A DNA stretch of 64,000 bases, taken from the NCBI GenBank assembly GCA_049472315.1, contig JBLIRN010000016.1:1-64000 (forward strand), written 5' to 3'. Origin of the DNA: a bacterium (GTDB lineage: Bacteria > SZUA-182 > DTGQ01 > JAFGSM01). The position numbers and the translations under genes were made by a program. This document shows, in pieces, positions 28,567-38,867 of the stretch. Numbering within the stretch: position 1 is the stretch's first letter; each line of letters begins with the position of its first letter. Below the pieces are notes generated by a model. That model searched no databases and was not told where the DNA came from. It saw only the letters and a program-made list of their open reading frames with translations.

Positions 28567-30585
28567 ATGGACAGGGTTAAACAATATCTGATCGAGAATT
28601 TCGAACAGTTTTTCGTCCTGCTTTTGCTGGTCAGCGTCGCCGCATTGAATTACTTCATCCCGTATAAGCTTGCCTTTTTGAACTTCTATTTCATCCCGAT
28701 ACTTCTTGCAGGGTACTATCTCAACTCCAAGAAAACCATGCTCGGATCGGTGTTCTGCATCCTTCTGGTGATCATCTATGCGTATCTGTATCCAGCCTCA
28801 TTTGCCATCAAGAGCACATTTCTTGATCTTTCGATGTTCATCATCGTCTGGGGGAGTTTCCTGATCCTGACTGGCGCCATCGTGGGAAGGATTCAGGACC
28901 GGCTGCGCCAGGAGATAACATACAAGGCGAAGCTTATCCAGGACCTTGCGGACAACAGGGTCGCCCTGGATCAGGTGACCCACCAGCTTCATGAAAACAC
29001 GGAGCTGTTTGAACAGAAGGTGCAGGAGCGGACCGAACACCTTGAAAAGGCCAAGGTGGCGGTGGAGAACCTCAAGGAGATGGTCGAGGAAACACTCTAC
29101 AACACCATGGATCCTTCGGTGGTAAAGCTGATCATCGAAAAGCGTCTGCGCACCGAAAAGCGGACCCTGAGCATCATGTTCTCGGACCTGGAAAAATTCA
29201 CCCATTACTCGGAAGACCACAAGCCCGAGATCGTCATCACGGAATTGAACAAATTCCTGGGGGATATGGAGAGCATCCTTCTCAGTTACGGGGCGCACAT
29301 CGATAAGTATATCGGTGACGGCATCATGGCGGAATTCGGCGCCCCTATAGGAAACGAGCGCCACGCGCTCATGGCGGTTGTGGCCGGTCTCAAGATGCAG
29401 GAGAGAATCAGAAAAAGCAGCTATCCCTGGAAGATGAGGATCGGGATCTCCACCGGGGAGCTTATCATCGGCTTGATCGGGCGCAAGCGCCAAACCTACA
29501 CCGCCCTCGGCGATGTGGTAAACCTCGCCAATCGAATCCAGGAGATATGCGATCCGGGTACGGTCACCATTGACGAGGCAACCTTTGAGAACATAAAGCT
29601 GTTTGTGGACGCGAATCGAAAGACGGTCCAGTCCCTCACCACCATCAAGGACCCCGAGCTTGTCAAGGAGATCAACGCGTGCACGAGACAGCTCGATCAG
29701 AGTCCCGACGATGTGGACATAATGAAGAAGATCGGCATACTGCTTATGCGGGGCAAGGATTATGTCCTCGCCCATGACTACATTAGACGTGCCCTTGAGC
29801 TCGATCCCAATGATGATCATATAAAAGTGGCCTATGCGGAAAATTCCCTCAAGCTTGAAGAATCCCATGATGTTGCCATACGGGGGAAGAAGACAAAGCT
29901 TCACCTGTATGAAATCATCGGCATCAAGGATCCTCTGAAGAAAAGGGACAAGATCCCTCAGTCGCTTTACGACCTTTACAGCGAGCGTGTCTCCAAACAG
30001 GTCAAGTATCCCGAGGATCTCATCCTTCCCATCGAGTGCCTGGACGGATGCGTGGGGCATTCCAGGGTGGTCGGATTTCTCTCCTATGCCATAGCCGACC
30101 TGCTGGGTCTTCCGGATCAGGAAAAGAGTGACATCCTGATGGCCGGATACCTTTTCGACATAGGGAAGATCATCATCCCGCATCACCTGCTGAACCGTCC
30201 GGGAACCCTGAACAAGGATGAATACGAGATCGTCACCAAGCATTGCAGGGAAGGGGTCAGGATCCTCAAAAAGATGGGGTACGTGAATGAGGGGCTCTTT
30301 GAGATCATCGAGTCCCACCATGAGAAATATGACGGCTCAGGCTATCCCAACGGGGTCTCCGGTGATGCCATTCCTTTGGGCGCCCGCATACTGGCGGTTG
30401 CAGATGCCTATGATGCGATGACCTCCTGGAGGCCGAACCGCAACAGTTGGGACTACCTCGCTGCGTTTGCGGAGCTGGAGAGCGAAACCGCACGGGGAAA
30501 ATTCGATCCGAAGATCATGGAATGCCTGGGTAAACTGCTCGAAATCGAAAAGAGAAGGGCCCCCCTCGTGGGCATGAGGGATTAG
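28567..30585 (+). CDS. Membrane class III nucleotide cyclase fused to a TPR insert and an HD-GYP-like domain
   Basis: N-terminal TM helices, coiled coil, MFSDLEKFT, DKYIGDGIMA, ALGDVVNLANR, TPR-like RRALELDPND, GHS..LFDIGK, HHEKYDGSGYP, VADAYDAMTS. Confidence 0.9.
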   Translation: MDRVKQYLIENFEQFFVLLLLVSVAALNYFIPYKLAFLNFYFIPILLAGYYLNSKKTMLGSVFCILLVIIYAYLYPASFAIKSTFLDLSMFIIVWGSFLILTGAIVGRIQDRLRQEITYKAKLIQDLADNRVALDQVTHQLHENTELFEQKVQERTEHLEKAKVAVENLKEMVEETLYNTMDPSVVKLIIEKRLRTEKRTLSIMFSDLEKFTHYSEDHKPEIVITELNKFLGDMESILLSYGAHIDKYIGDGIMAEFGAPIGNERHALMAVVAGLKMQERIRKSSYPWKMRIGISTGELIIGLIGRKRQTYTALGDVVNLANRIQEICDPGTVTIDEATFENIKLFVDANRKTVQSLTTIKDPELVKEINACTRQLDQSPDDVDIMKKIGILLMRGKDYVLAHDYIRRALELDPNDDHIKVAYAENSLKLEESHDVAIRGKKTKLHLYEIIGIKDPLKKRDKIPQSLYDLYSERVSKQVKYPEDLILPIECLDGCVGHSRVVGFLSYAIADLLGLPDQEKSDILMAGYLFDIGKIIIPHHLLNRPGTLNKDEYEIVTKHCREGVRILKKMGYVNEGLFEIIESHHEKYDGSGYPNGVSGDAIPLGARILAVADAYDAMTSWRPNRNSWDYLAAFAELESETARGKFDPKIMECLGKLLEIEKRRAPLVGMRD

Positions 30586-30594
30586 TCTTTTCGG

Positions 30595-31524
30595 TCAGAT
30601 CTTCGCAAACAGCTCGGTGCTGATATACCGTTCTCCGGTGCTCGGCAGGACCACCACGATCATTTTCCCCTTATTCTCCCGCCGGCGTGCCACCCTAAGG
30701 GCCGCAGCCACCGCAGCTCCGGAGGAGATGCCCCCCATAATCCCCTCCCGTTTGGCGAGGTCCCTCCCCATTTCAAATGCCTCATCATTGCCGACGGTTA
30801 TTACCTCATCGATGATCGTGCGGTTGAGCACCGCGGGGATGAAACCCGCGCCGATGCCCTGTATCTTATGGGGGCCCGGTATTCCTCCGGAGAGCACCGC
30901 AGAGTCCTCCGGTTCCACTGCGATGGCCTTGAACGAGGGCTTGCGTGCCTTGATCACCTCCGCCACGCCGGTGATGGTCCCCCCTGTGCCGACACCCGCA
31001 ACGAACAGGTCGATCTCTCCCCCGGTGTCCCGCCAGATTTCCTCTGCCGTGGTTCGTCGATGGATTTCGGGATTCGCAGGATTCGTGAACTGGTTGAGCA
31101 TGATGACATCTGGCCCTTGGGCCAGTATTGTGCCTGCCATGTCCAATGCCCCCCTCATTCCACTTTCCCCCGGTGTCAGGATCAATTCGGCACCCAGGTG
31201 GGTAAGGAGCTTTCGCCTTTCCATGCTCATGGTCTCGGGCATGGTCAATGCCAGCCGATATCCCTTGGCCGCACAGACAAATGCAAGGCCGATCCCGGTG
31301 TTCCCGCTGGTTGGCTCTATGATCAGGGTGTTATCACGGATCAATCCCTGTTCCTCGGCAGCCTGAATCATGGATACCGCAATACGGTCCTTGACGCTTC
31401 CCAGGGGATTCTTGAATTCCAGCTTGGCGAGAACAATCCCGGGAAGCCCGCCGCAGATCCGATTGAGCCTCACCAGAGGGGTGTTTCCAACTGTCTTGGT
31501 AATATCAGAAAATATGCGGTGAAT
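30595..31524 (-). CDS. cysK: Cysteine synthase A; apparent non-canonical ATT start
   Basis: NPLGSVKDR (PLP Lys), [22 protein letters not shown]; homology extends upstream of the track's GTG as (I)[17 protein letters not shown]. Confidence 0.93.
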   Translation of the reverse strand: MHRIFSDITKTVGNTPLVRLNRICGGLPGIVLAKLEFKNPLGSVKDRIAVSMIQAAEEQGLIRDNTLIIEPTSGNTGIGLAFVCAAKGYRLALTMPETMSMERRKLLTHLGAELILTPGESGMRGALDMAGTILAQGPDVIMLNQFTNPANPEIHRRTTAEEIWRDTGGEIDLFVAGVGTGGTITGVAEVIKARKPSFKAIAVEPEDSAVLSGGIPGPHKIQGIGAGFIPAVLNRTIIDEVITVGNDEAFEMGRDLAKREGIMGGISSGAAVAAALRVARRRENKGKMIVVVLPSTGERYISTELFAKI

Positions 31525-31536
31525 GATAGGGCCTTT

Positions 31537-32511
31537 CTATGGTGCGGTTGAAGATTGTGTTCGGGTTGCCCCTTTGTAAATCAGCTCCGGCTTTTTCAGG
31601 AATACCTTCGTATCGGGCGGTACGGATTCGGTGATCCACACATTGCCGCCGATCACCGAACGGGCCCCGATGCGCGTATTGCCCAGAATGGTCGCACCTG
31701 AATACACGATCACGTCATCCTCGATAGTCGGATGGCGTTTTTCGTTTCTGAGGCGTTCCACCTCCTCCTTGGACACGGAGAGGGCGCCGAGGGTAACCCC
31801 TTGATAGAGCCTCACCCGGTTTCCGATTTCGGTTGTCTCCCCTACCACCACCCCTGTGCCGTGATCGATGAAAAAACTCTCCTTGATGGCGGCACCGGGA
31901 TGGATATCGATGCCGGTCTCGCTGTGCGCATGTTCGGTCATAATCCGGGGAAGCATGGGCACGCCCTTCTTGAAGAGCGTATGGGCGATACGATAGATGG
32001 TGATGGCATAGAGTCCCGGGTAGCTGAAGATGATCTCGTCGTAACTCTTGGCAGCGGGATCGCCTTCATATGCAGCCCGGACATCCTTTGCCAACATACC
32101 CCTCAGGTGTGGAAGCTGTTCCAAAAACCAGATGGCCACGGCGTGGCCCTCCTGCTCACATGCGACAGCCGGGGTGTTATGGCGTATGCATTCGTGCCTG
32201 AGTGCAAGGGCGATCTGTTCCGAAAGCGCCTCATACAGGGCGGTGGTTTCTTCCCCCAGATAGTATCCGAGATTCACCTCGTCCAACCGGAATTTTATAA
32301 AATATCCGGGGTAGAGGAGCTGTCGTATTCGGCGGATAATGTCAATAACCGCATCCCGGGATGGGATGGGATCGGGACCTACGTGATCGAAATGCCCCTT
32401 TTGGTTGCAGGTACGGATTAATGAATCGACAACCTTCGGTATCGCTGTTCGGATGTTCCGGCTTCCTTTACTCGAATGTCCGGTTCTATCCTGTGTTGGT
32501 TTCCGTCCCAT
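31537..32511 (-). CDS. cysE: Serine O-acetyltransferase (EpsC-type, long N-terminus)
   Basis: GDPAAKS..EII.SYPG, GIDIHPGA, FFIDHGTGVV, YQGVTLG, KRHPT; ATG 32511 has SD AAGGAG. Confidence 0.93.
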   Translation of the reverse strand: MGRKPTQDRTGHSSKGSRNIRTAIPKVVDSLIRTCNQKGHFDHVGPDPIPSRDAVIDIIRRIRQLLYPGYFIKFRLDEVNLGYYLGEETTALYEALSEQIALALRHECIRHNTPAVACEQEGHAVAIWFLEQLPHLRGMLAKDVRAAYEGDPAAKSYDEIIFSYPGLYAITIYRIAHTLFKKGVPMLPRIMTEHAHSETGIDIHPGAAIKESFFIDHGTGVVVGETTEIGNRVRLYQGVTLGALSVSKEEVERLRNEKRHPTIEDDVIVYSGATILGNTRIGARSVIGGNVWITESVPPDTKVFLKKPELIYKGATRTQSSTAP

Positions 32512-32666
32512 GGAGGGTGCTCTCCTTGCATGAAGTATACCTTGCAAGAAAAGGCCTGTCAAAATCAGTACATCGGGATGTGCAAAAAATGATGAATGCC
32601 CGGGAATGAGCGCCAGACGGGGACGTGCTGCATTCACGCCGCACGTCCCCGGATCTTACATGGCTT

Positions 32667-32879
32667 CTAAGGCAAGATTGTTACATCCTGGGCCTGGGGG
32701 CCCTTTTTGCCCTGAGATATGGTGAACTCAACCCGCTGATTTTCCTGCAAGGTACGGTAGCCCTTGCCGGTGATGCCCGTATAATGAACAAATACATCAG
32801 GCCCCTTATCGCGGGATATAAATCCGTATCCCTTCTCAGAGTTGAACCACTTAACAATGCCGATTTCACGCTCTGCCAA
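32667..32879 (-). CDS. Cold-shock protein
   Basis: [29 protein letters not shown] start with a G-rich SD. Confidence 0.95.
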   Translation of the reverse strand: MAEREIGIVKWFNSEKGYGFISRDKGPDVFVHYTGITGKGYRTLQENQRVEFTISQGKKGPQAQDVTILP

Positions 32880-33883
32880 AATAAACACCCCCTTTCTGTT
32901 CAAGATTTATTTCGACAGAGCGTTCAAAACTAGCTTCAGAGCATTTCTTTGGTGAAAACTGTCTGTCTTGCTATTTAAACGACTGTCTTTAAGAAAATCT
33001 TGAAAAATATCTCCTGTCTGGCGCTAAGCTCTATGCTCCATGATTGATTAATTACCTGTTACTGTTCGATTGCCAGTTATGCAAAAAACGGGCCAAAAAA
33101 GCAGTCATTATATGTATCTCATCATGGAGATGTCCAGGATTGTTTCATGTGTTCCCAATGCACTCATATGTATCGGTTGGATCGTATATCGCAGGATTGG
33201 TCCTTGCAGATAGAGACTTTTCGGATGGGAGATTGAAATAAGAAGTTACATAAGAGGCTATTCCTTTTTTGATTTATATTATAAAAATGTTGGAAGTGAA
33301 TGGCTTCCAGCTTAAAACAAATGTTCAGGGTGTGTAATGTGATTCGCTGCTCATTATAAAGAGGAATAACCAAGGTTCTTATTAAATTTTATTAAACTAC
33401 CTCTTTCTTGTCAAATATAGTTGATAGCAATTCATATTTCAGCATTGCTTCGTTATAAGATGGCATGTCTTATCATGCTCCCATAGCAAAGGGCATGATT
33501 GAAGCTGCTGATACCGAAATTTAAATTGGCCGTCCTTTTCTTCTCTGCTGAATTCGTCATCTTCAGCCATCTCCTGAGATCCGGCATTCACCCTTTTCCC
33601 CGGATTGTGTTCGAGTTTTCCATATGATCATTCATAGCCCCAAGGACGGCATCTGTCCCATATTGTAATGAGCAATAACGATGTCGTAAAAAGTATGACC
33701 TTTGAGTAATGAAAATAATCATCCCAATCACCGATAGAATAATAGGAGTCCTATCATTATCCATTACAGGGGATTATGAGCGATCATGGATGCCAATGGT
33801 GCATGTATGAAAACCAGCACCGGATTGTGCATGCTTTTTTCACAGTGCATACAGGATATGTGATGATGGAATGAAATGTCCGT

Positions 33884-35266
33884 GTGTTTGAACCGATACG
33901 TCAAAAAAGGGTATGGATGACCGAAATGTCTTTAGCAGGCAAGGAACACATAACCCTCACAGCAGAGATAACAAAGCTGAAGAATGAACTGCAGAAGAGG
34001 GATCTCGAATACTTTTATTTCAAGACCCTCTATGATGTAAACCAGGAAATAGCACTACTCAATAACACCGAGGAGATCATCAATGCCTTTCTCATGATGA
34101 TCATGGGGACCTTTGGCATCTTTCAGGGCTTCATCGTTCTCATCGACAAGAAGCAGGGGAGGATAGACTTTATTGAAGGCAGGGACACGGAAAAGGAAAA
34201 GCTCCAACCGGTCATAAAATTCTTGAACAGGGAACATATAACCCGGATCTTTTGTAAAAGACACCTGCTGTCCTTTTTTGAACCAAGGCGTGCCTCCGAT
34301 CACACTCGATTGAACACCGCGGAAAAGGGATTTATTGGGTTTTTGACGGCCGCGGGGATATCCGCCTTTGTCCCGTTCGTGATCGATGAGCGATTTTCCG
34401 GGGGCATCGCCCTCAGCACAAGGATTTCCGGTGAGCCGTTTTCTCAGATAGAGTGTGAGCTCTTGTCCACGCTTTCAAAACAGCTTGCCATCAATATCCA
34501 GAACGCCAAATCGTTTGAAATCATCAAGTACCTGAACACGGACCTCAGGAATAAAAACAAGACCCTCGAAGAAACACTGGAAAAGATCCATCTCCTTGAA
34601 AAGGCCAAGACCCTTTTGTGCAAGTATGTACCCAAATCCCTTGAAAGGATCATTGAGGACCACCCTGAATCACTTGAGTGTGAGAAACAGGAGCAGGATA
34701 TTTCCGTCCTGTTTCTGGATATCGAGGGATTCACCGCCATGAGCGAGACCCTCAACTATGAGGAGATCACCCGGATCATCGAGACCTATTTCTCCCGCTT
34801 TTTTGATGACATCTATCGATACGGCGGGGATATTAACATGACCGCCGGGGATGGACTCATGATCATCTTTCACAACAAGGATAGATATATTCATGCCCTG
34901 AATGCGGTCAGAACGGCTCTTGCCATCAAGCACAGGACACAGCAGCTCATACCGGAAATAAAGGGGACGAAGATACCCCTGATTATCAATATCGGGATCC
35001 ATTCAGGTGAGGCGTACATCGGATCGACACGTCTTGAAGGATACTACGGTTCACGATGGACATATACGGCCCTTGGGTCAACCGTGAATATGGCTGCACG
35101 GATCGGATCATTTGCCACCAAAGGGGAGATCCTCGTGAGCGCCGAGACTGCGTCAAGGGTCAGGGAGGGTTTCTCCCTGGAAAGGGTTGGATACCAGAGG
35201 TTCAAGAATGTAAAAAAGGAGGTCCTTCTGTACAGGGTCATTGAGGAGCATCCGTTGGATCAGTAA
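33884..35266 (+). CDS. GAF domain plus class III adenylate/guanylate cyclase
   Basis: GAF ending INIQNAK; LFLDIEGFT, AGDGLM, IGIHSG, ALGSTVNMAARI; true start may be ATG 33917. Confidence 0.88.
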   Translation: MFEPIRQKRVWMTEMSLAGKEHITLTAEITKLKNELQKRDLEYFYFKTLYDVNQEIALLNNTEEIINAFLMMIMGTFGIFQGFIVLIDKKQGRIDFIEGRDTEKEKLQPVIKFLNREHITRIFCKRHLLSFFEPRRASDHTRLNTAEKGFIGFLTAAGISAFVPFVIDERFSGGIALSTRISGEPFSQIECELLSTLSKQLAINIQNAKSFEIIKYLNTDLRNKNKTLEETLEKIHLLEKAKTLLCKYVPKSLERIIEDHPESLECEKQEQDISVLFLDIEGFTAMSETLNYEEITRIIETYFSRFFDDIYRYGGDINMTAGDGLMIIFHNKDRYIHALNAVRTALAIKHRTQQLIPEIKGTKIPLIINIGIHSGEAYIGSTRLEGYYGSRWTYTALGSTVNMAARIGSFATKGEILVSAETASRVREGFSLERVGYQRFKNVKKEVLLYRVIEEHPLDQ

Positions 35267-35438
35267 CTGGGACCCTGCAGTTATGTGCAGGGTGCAATCA
35301 TTGCGGATTGCAATGCGCATTCGAAGTTATTTTTCGGGACAGGTCATGATTGCCTGAAATGCCGTGGTCCAGGAAAATTCCCATGAGCATCCCATGTTAT
35401 TTTTCGGGAGAGAATCCCGACAAGGGCTGTGAAACATA

Positions 35439-38348
35439 ATGACACAAGACAAGGCAAAACATCTCGAGATAATGGTATCCGTCATTTTTCTTGCCGCAGT
35501 CGGCGTCGTTGCCATTCTCTATCTCTTCAACATCTATCAATGGAGCTTTGCGCCCTTTTTCGGGCACGGGGTGAGGAAATGCAGCGGATGGGCGATTGTA
35601 GGCCGGGTCTATGAGGATGGATACAATGCGGGATTCCGGCTTGGAGACCGGATTCAGGAGGTGAACGGCATGCCGGTGGAAAGCATGGCCGGCATCCGGG
35701 ATCTGGTGAACAGGCAGATAGGGGCGGAAAATCGTTTCGTGGTGTCACGGAACGGGCAGACCCGCACCGTCATCTACCGGACGACCCAGTTTGGTTTGGC
35801 CCGGGCCGCCCTGGTCTTCGGTGTGCCCTGGCTCATGGGAATACTCATCATTGTTATCGGTTCCTTCGTCTTCCTCACCACCCCCATGGCCGAGAGGCGA
35901 TGGTCGTTCCTGCTCTTCTGCCTTTGTGCAGGACTGGTGATGATCTTTTTCAACCAGCGCCCCCTCAGCCCCTCCTGGATACTCATCTTCGAGACCATCG
36001 GATTCTGTTTTCTCCCCGCGACCATCCTCCACATGACATTCATATTCCCCTTTTATGAGGAGCGTGCACGACGGCATCTGTGGTATACCACGATTACCTA
36101 TGCCGCGTCATTGCTGCTATTCGTAACGACACGGTTCCTCTCTTCCTCATTTGCTGAGTCACCAAGGTACCTGCGCATCTTCTGGCTCATCTATATATTT
36201 TTCTCGATTCTCGTCTTCATATGCATGCTCCTTTATAAATACCGGAAGATCCCTTATCGACTTGCCAAATCGAAGATACGGGTAATACTCCTGGGCTTTT
36301 CTATCGGGGTGCTCCTCCCGCTGGTGGAGCCGATCCTCAACACGCTCTTCGGCGTGTTCATTTTCCCCACCATCGAACTGGCGATGCTCCCGTTTATCAC
36401 CGTGTTCCCGCTGTCCATAGCCTATGCAATCGTGAAGCACGATCTTTTCGAGATCGATGTGTTCGTCAAGCGAACCACCGGATATCTCCTCGCCACCACG
36501 CTCATTGCCCTCTTGTATCTTCTGTTCATCCTCGGTGTCAATGTCATCGTCAAGCCGGTATTCATACAGCATCACCATGTATTCAATTTTCTCTTCCTTT
36601 TGCTGGTGGTATTCTTTTTTAACCCAATTACCAGCAGGGCGCAGGTATTCGTGAACCGCCTCTTTTTCCGGCAGAAATATGACTATAAGGAGCCGGTGAA
36701 ACAGCTCCTGAAGGATATCACCTCCATATTCGAACCCGATCTGCTGATCCTGAGGGTCCTTAATATCCTCTCCAATACCATGTTCATCGAGGAGATACGT
36801 ATTTTTCTCTTCGACACCGAGGATGGCACCTATAATGAATACAATCCTCACGACAACATACTCATTAAATCAAAGAATGCGGTCTTCCGAGGATCGAGCC
36901 CTCTGGTGAAGGTGTTGCTCCGGGAAAAGAGGGAGGTGCAGAAAGACAACTACTGTGACCAAACAAAGCACTTCCCGTATAAAAAGGAGATGCTCCGCAT
37001 CTTTGATTCATGGAACGTACAACTGATCATTCCATTCATCACCCATGACAAACTCTCCGGTTTCATGATGCTCGGGAACATGAAATCGGGCAGGTACTAT
37101 ACGATCGCCGATGTGGAATTCCTGCGCATCATTGCCGACCAGACGGCCATTGCCCTGGAAAACGTCAACCTCATCCATGACCGTATCGAACAGGAGAAGA
37201 TCGAAGAGGACCTGAAGATCGCTGGAGTCATCCAGCGGAGAATGCTGCCGGAGGGTTCTCCCACAATCAAGGACTTTATCGTGTACAATCAGATCATCCC
37301 GAGCAGTGAGATCGGAGGGGACTTCTACGATTTCTTTGAGTTTCCCTCCCAGGGGGAAAAGGAACTGGGTATTGTCATGGGGGATATCTCCGGTCATGGC
37401 ATCTCAGGGGCCTTGCTGATGAGCGCCGCGCATTCGATAAGCCAGAATCAGGTCATCTGCGTAAAGGATGTTGCCACCGTAATGCAGGAGGTAAACAGGC
37501 ACATGCTTCGGGAGACCAAGAAGAAGGCATTCGTGGCGTTTATTTATGCACTCCTGTTGCCTGACAAGAGGATCATTCTCTCGAATGCCGGCCTGCCTCC
37601 TCCGCTCTATTACGATCATGACCGAAAGGAGACGAGATTTCTTAAGACCGAAGGGGAGCGCCTTCCTCTCGGGATATTCGAAGAACTCTCCTATACCCCG
37701 CTCACCCTCTCCCTGAACAAGGGGGATGTGATCATATTGTACACGGATGGCCTGCTGGAGGTCAAAAATAGGGACAATGAGTTCTTCAACTTCCATCGAC
37801 TCCGGGAGATATTCGCGCATTCGGTTCACCTGGAGCCGGAGGAGATATATAACCGGATCGTTGAAGAATTAAGGGACTTCTCAGGGAAAAGGTGCTTTGA
37901 TGATGATATGACCATCATCATACTCAAACATGTCGAGGCAAGGCCCGTGGATACGCTGTTGTTTCTTCCCTTCTCTCAGATGACCTTGCAGCTCATTTCA
38001 CAAGGGATTGAATCCATGGCCCACTTGTATTCATTGTGCGACGAGGAAATCGCCTCCATGAAAAACCACCTGAAGAGGATGTATCGAAAGGCGGCGCAGT
38101 ATCATCAGGAATCGTCTCATGGGTATAAGCTGGTGGCCTCATTCTTCCCGGATGGTCTGAACAGGGGGATTATTGAGGATGGGCATGCCGGATTTCCAGA
38201 TGGAGGGGAGAGGGTAGCTGCCTCGAAGGGTATGAAACTTTTGGGGGATTATCATTGTCTGGAGCTTACGCAGGAAGAGACGGGATTGAGTCATACGAGC
38301 ATAAGGGGTACCAGCCGGATGATTGTTCATTTCAGAGGTGAGGCCTGA
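35439..38348 (+). CDS. PDZ, multi-TM sensor, GAF and SpoIIE/RsbU PP2C phosphatase
   Basis: AGFRLGDRIQEVNG (PDZ), many TM helices, AIALEN, IGGDFYDF, GDISGHG, NAG, YTDGLLE, DDMT. Confidence 0.9.
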   Translation: MTQDKAKHLEIMVSVIFLAAVGVVAILYLFNIYQWSFAPFFGHGVRKCSGWAIVGRVYEDGYNAGFRLGDRIQEVNGMPVESMAGIRDLVNRQIGAENRFVVSRNGQTRTVIYRTTQFGLARAALVFGVPWLMGILIIVIGSFVFLTTPMAERRWSFLLFCLCAGLVMIFFNQRPLSPSWILIFETIGFCFLPATILHMTFIFPFYEERARRHLWYTTITYAASLLLFVTTRFLSSSFAESPRYLRIFWLIYIFFSILVFICMLLYKYRKIPYRLAKSKIRVILLGFSIGVLLPLVEPILNTLFGVFIFPTIELAMLPFITVFPLSIAYAIVKHDLFEIDVFVKRTTGYLLATTLIALLYLLFILGVNVIVKPVFIQHHHVFNFLFLLLVVFFFNPITSRAQVFVNRLFFRQKYDYKEPVKQLLKDITSIFEPDLLILRVLNILSNTMFIEEIRIFLFDTEDGTYNEYNPHDNILIKSKNAVFRGSSPLVKVLLREKREVQKDNYCDQTKHFPYKKEMLRIFDSWNVQLIIPFITHDKLSGFMMLGNMKSGRYYTIADVEFLRIIADQTAIALENVNLIHDRIEQEKIEEDLKIAGVIQRRMLPEGSPTIKDFIVYNQIIPSSEIGGDFYDFFEFPSQGEKELGIVMGDISGHGISGALLMSAAHSISQNQVICVKDVATVMQEVNRHMLRETKKKAFVAFIYALLLPDKRIILSNAGLPPPLYYDHDRKETRFLKTEGERLPLGIFEELSYTPLTLSLNKGDVIILYTDGLLEVKNRDNEFFNFHRLREIFAHSVHLEPEEIYNRIVEELRDFSGKRCFDDDMTIIILKHVEARPVDTLLFLPFSQMTLQLISQGIESMAHLYSLCDEEIASMKNHLKRMYRKAAQYHQESSHGYKLVASFFPDGLNRGIIEDGHAGFPDGGERVAASKGMKLLGDYHCLELTQEETGLSHTSIRGTSRMIVHFRGEA

Positions 38349-38477
38349 GCAATCCGATCGGGCGGTTTTTGCAGATATAGTCGTATGTATGGTACCTGCT
38401 CAATACCTCGGATCTCCTTTACCATGGAGAGCTTTTAGAAATATGACGATAAATAAGTGGAAAACGGGAGGTTTTCT

Positions 38478-38867
38478 ATGGCGCGGAAAAAGGAGACACT
38501 CAGGGTCCATGTGATCGAGGGTGTCGTTGTCATCTCCACCATGACCGATTTCACCCTGTCAATGGAAAAGGTCATGGAGGATGTCTATGAGGACCTCTGC
38601 AATAAGGGACATAAGAAGATCCTGTTTGAATTCCACCCGGAGAATTATATCACCAGTGCAGGGATAGCCATCCTGATCAGCCTCATCAGCGAAGGTATGA
38701 AGAGGGATCAGGAAATAGGCCTGACCGGGCTGTCCGATTATTTCAAGAAGATCTTCAACCTGATCGGGATTACGCGCTACACCAGGATCTATAATTCGCT
38801 TGACGAGGCCCTCCAAAAGATGTCGGAACCCTTGTCCGCTGACCGTGCCCGACAAGTACATGCGTAG
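38478..38867 (+). CDS. STAS anti-sigma factor antagonist (RsbV-like)
   Basis: YITSAGIAIL phospho-Ser motif, KIFNLIGI..Y.SLDEAL. Confidence 0.88.
   Translation: MARKKETLRVHVIEGVVVISTMTDFTLSMEKVMEDVYEDLCNKGHKKILFEFHPENYITSAGIAILISLISEGMKRDQEIGLTGLSDYFKKIFNLIGITRYTRIYNSLDEALQKMSEPLSADRARQVHA

Noticed and set aside
28276..28584. 102-aa ORF as an intact gene
   Set aside because: It overlaps the cyclase start, and only its 3' part looks like a frameshifted transposase fragment
28798..30321. Long antisense ORFs (also 52054-53328, 8579-9490, 57482-58453, 46448-47398, 59728-60675)
   Set aside because: Shadows of well-supported genes on the opposite strand, with no recognisable motifs
33164..33373. 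Glycosyltransferase family 2 remnant (VIPLYNE)
   Set aside because: Only a 7-residue resemblance; the rest of the ORF shows no GT2 motifs
33884..35266. Pycsar-type anti-phage cyclase
   Set aside because: GAF-fused and embedded in a regulatory operon, with no adjacent cNMP-binding TM or TIR effector
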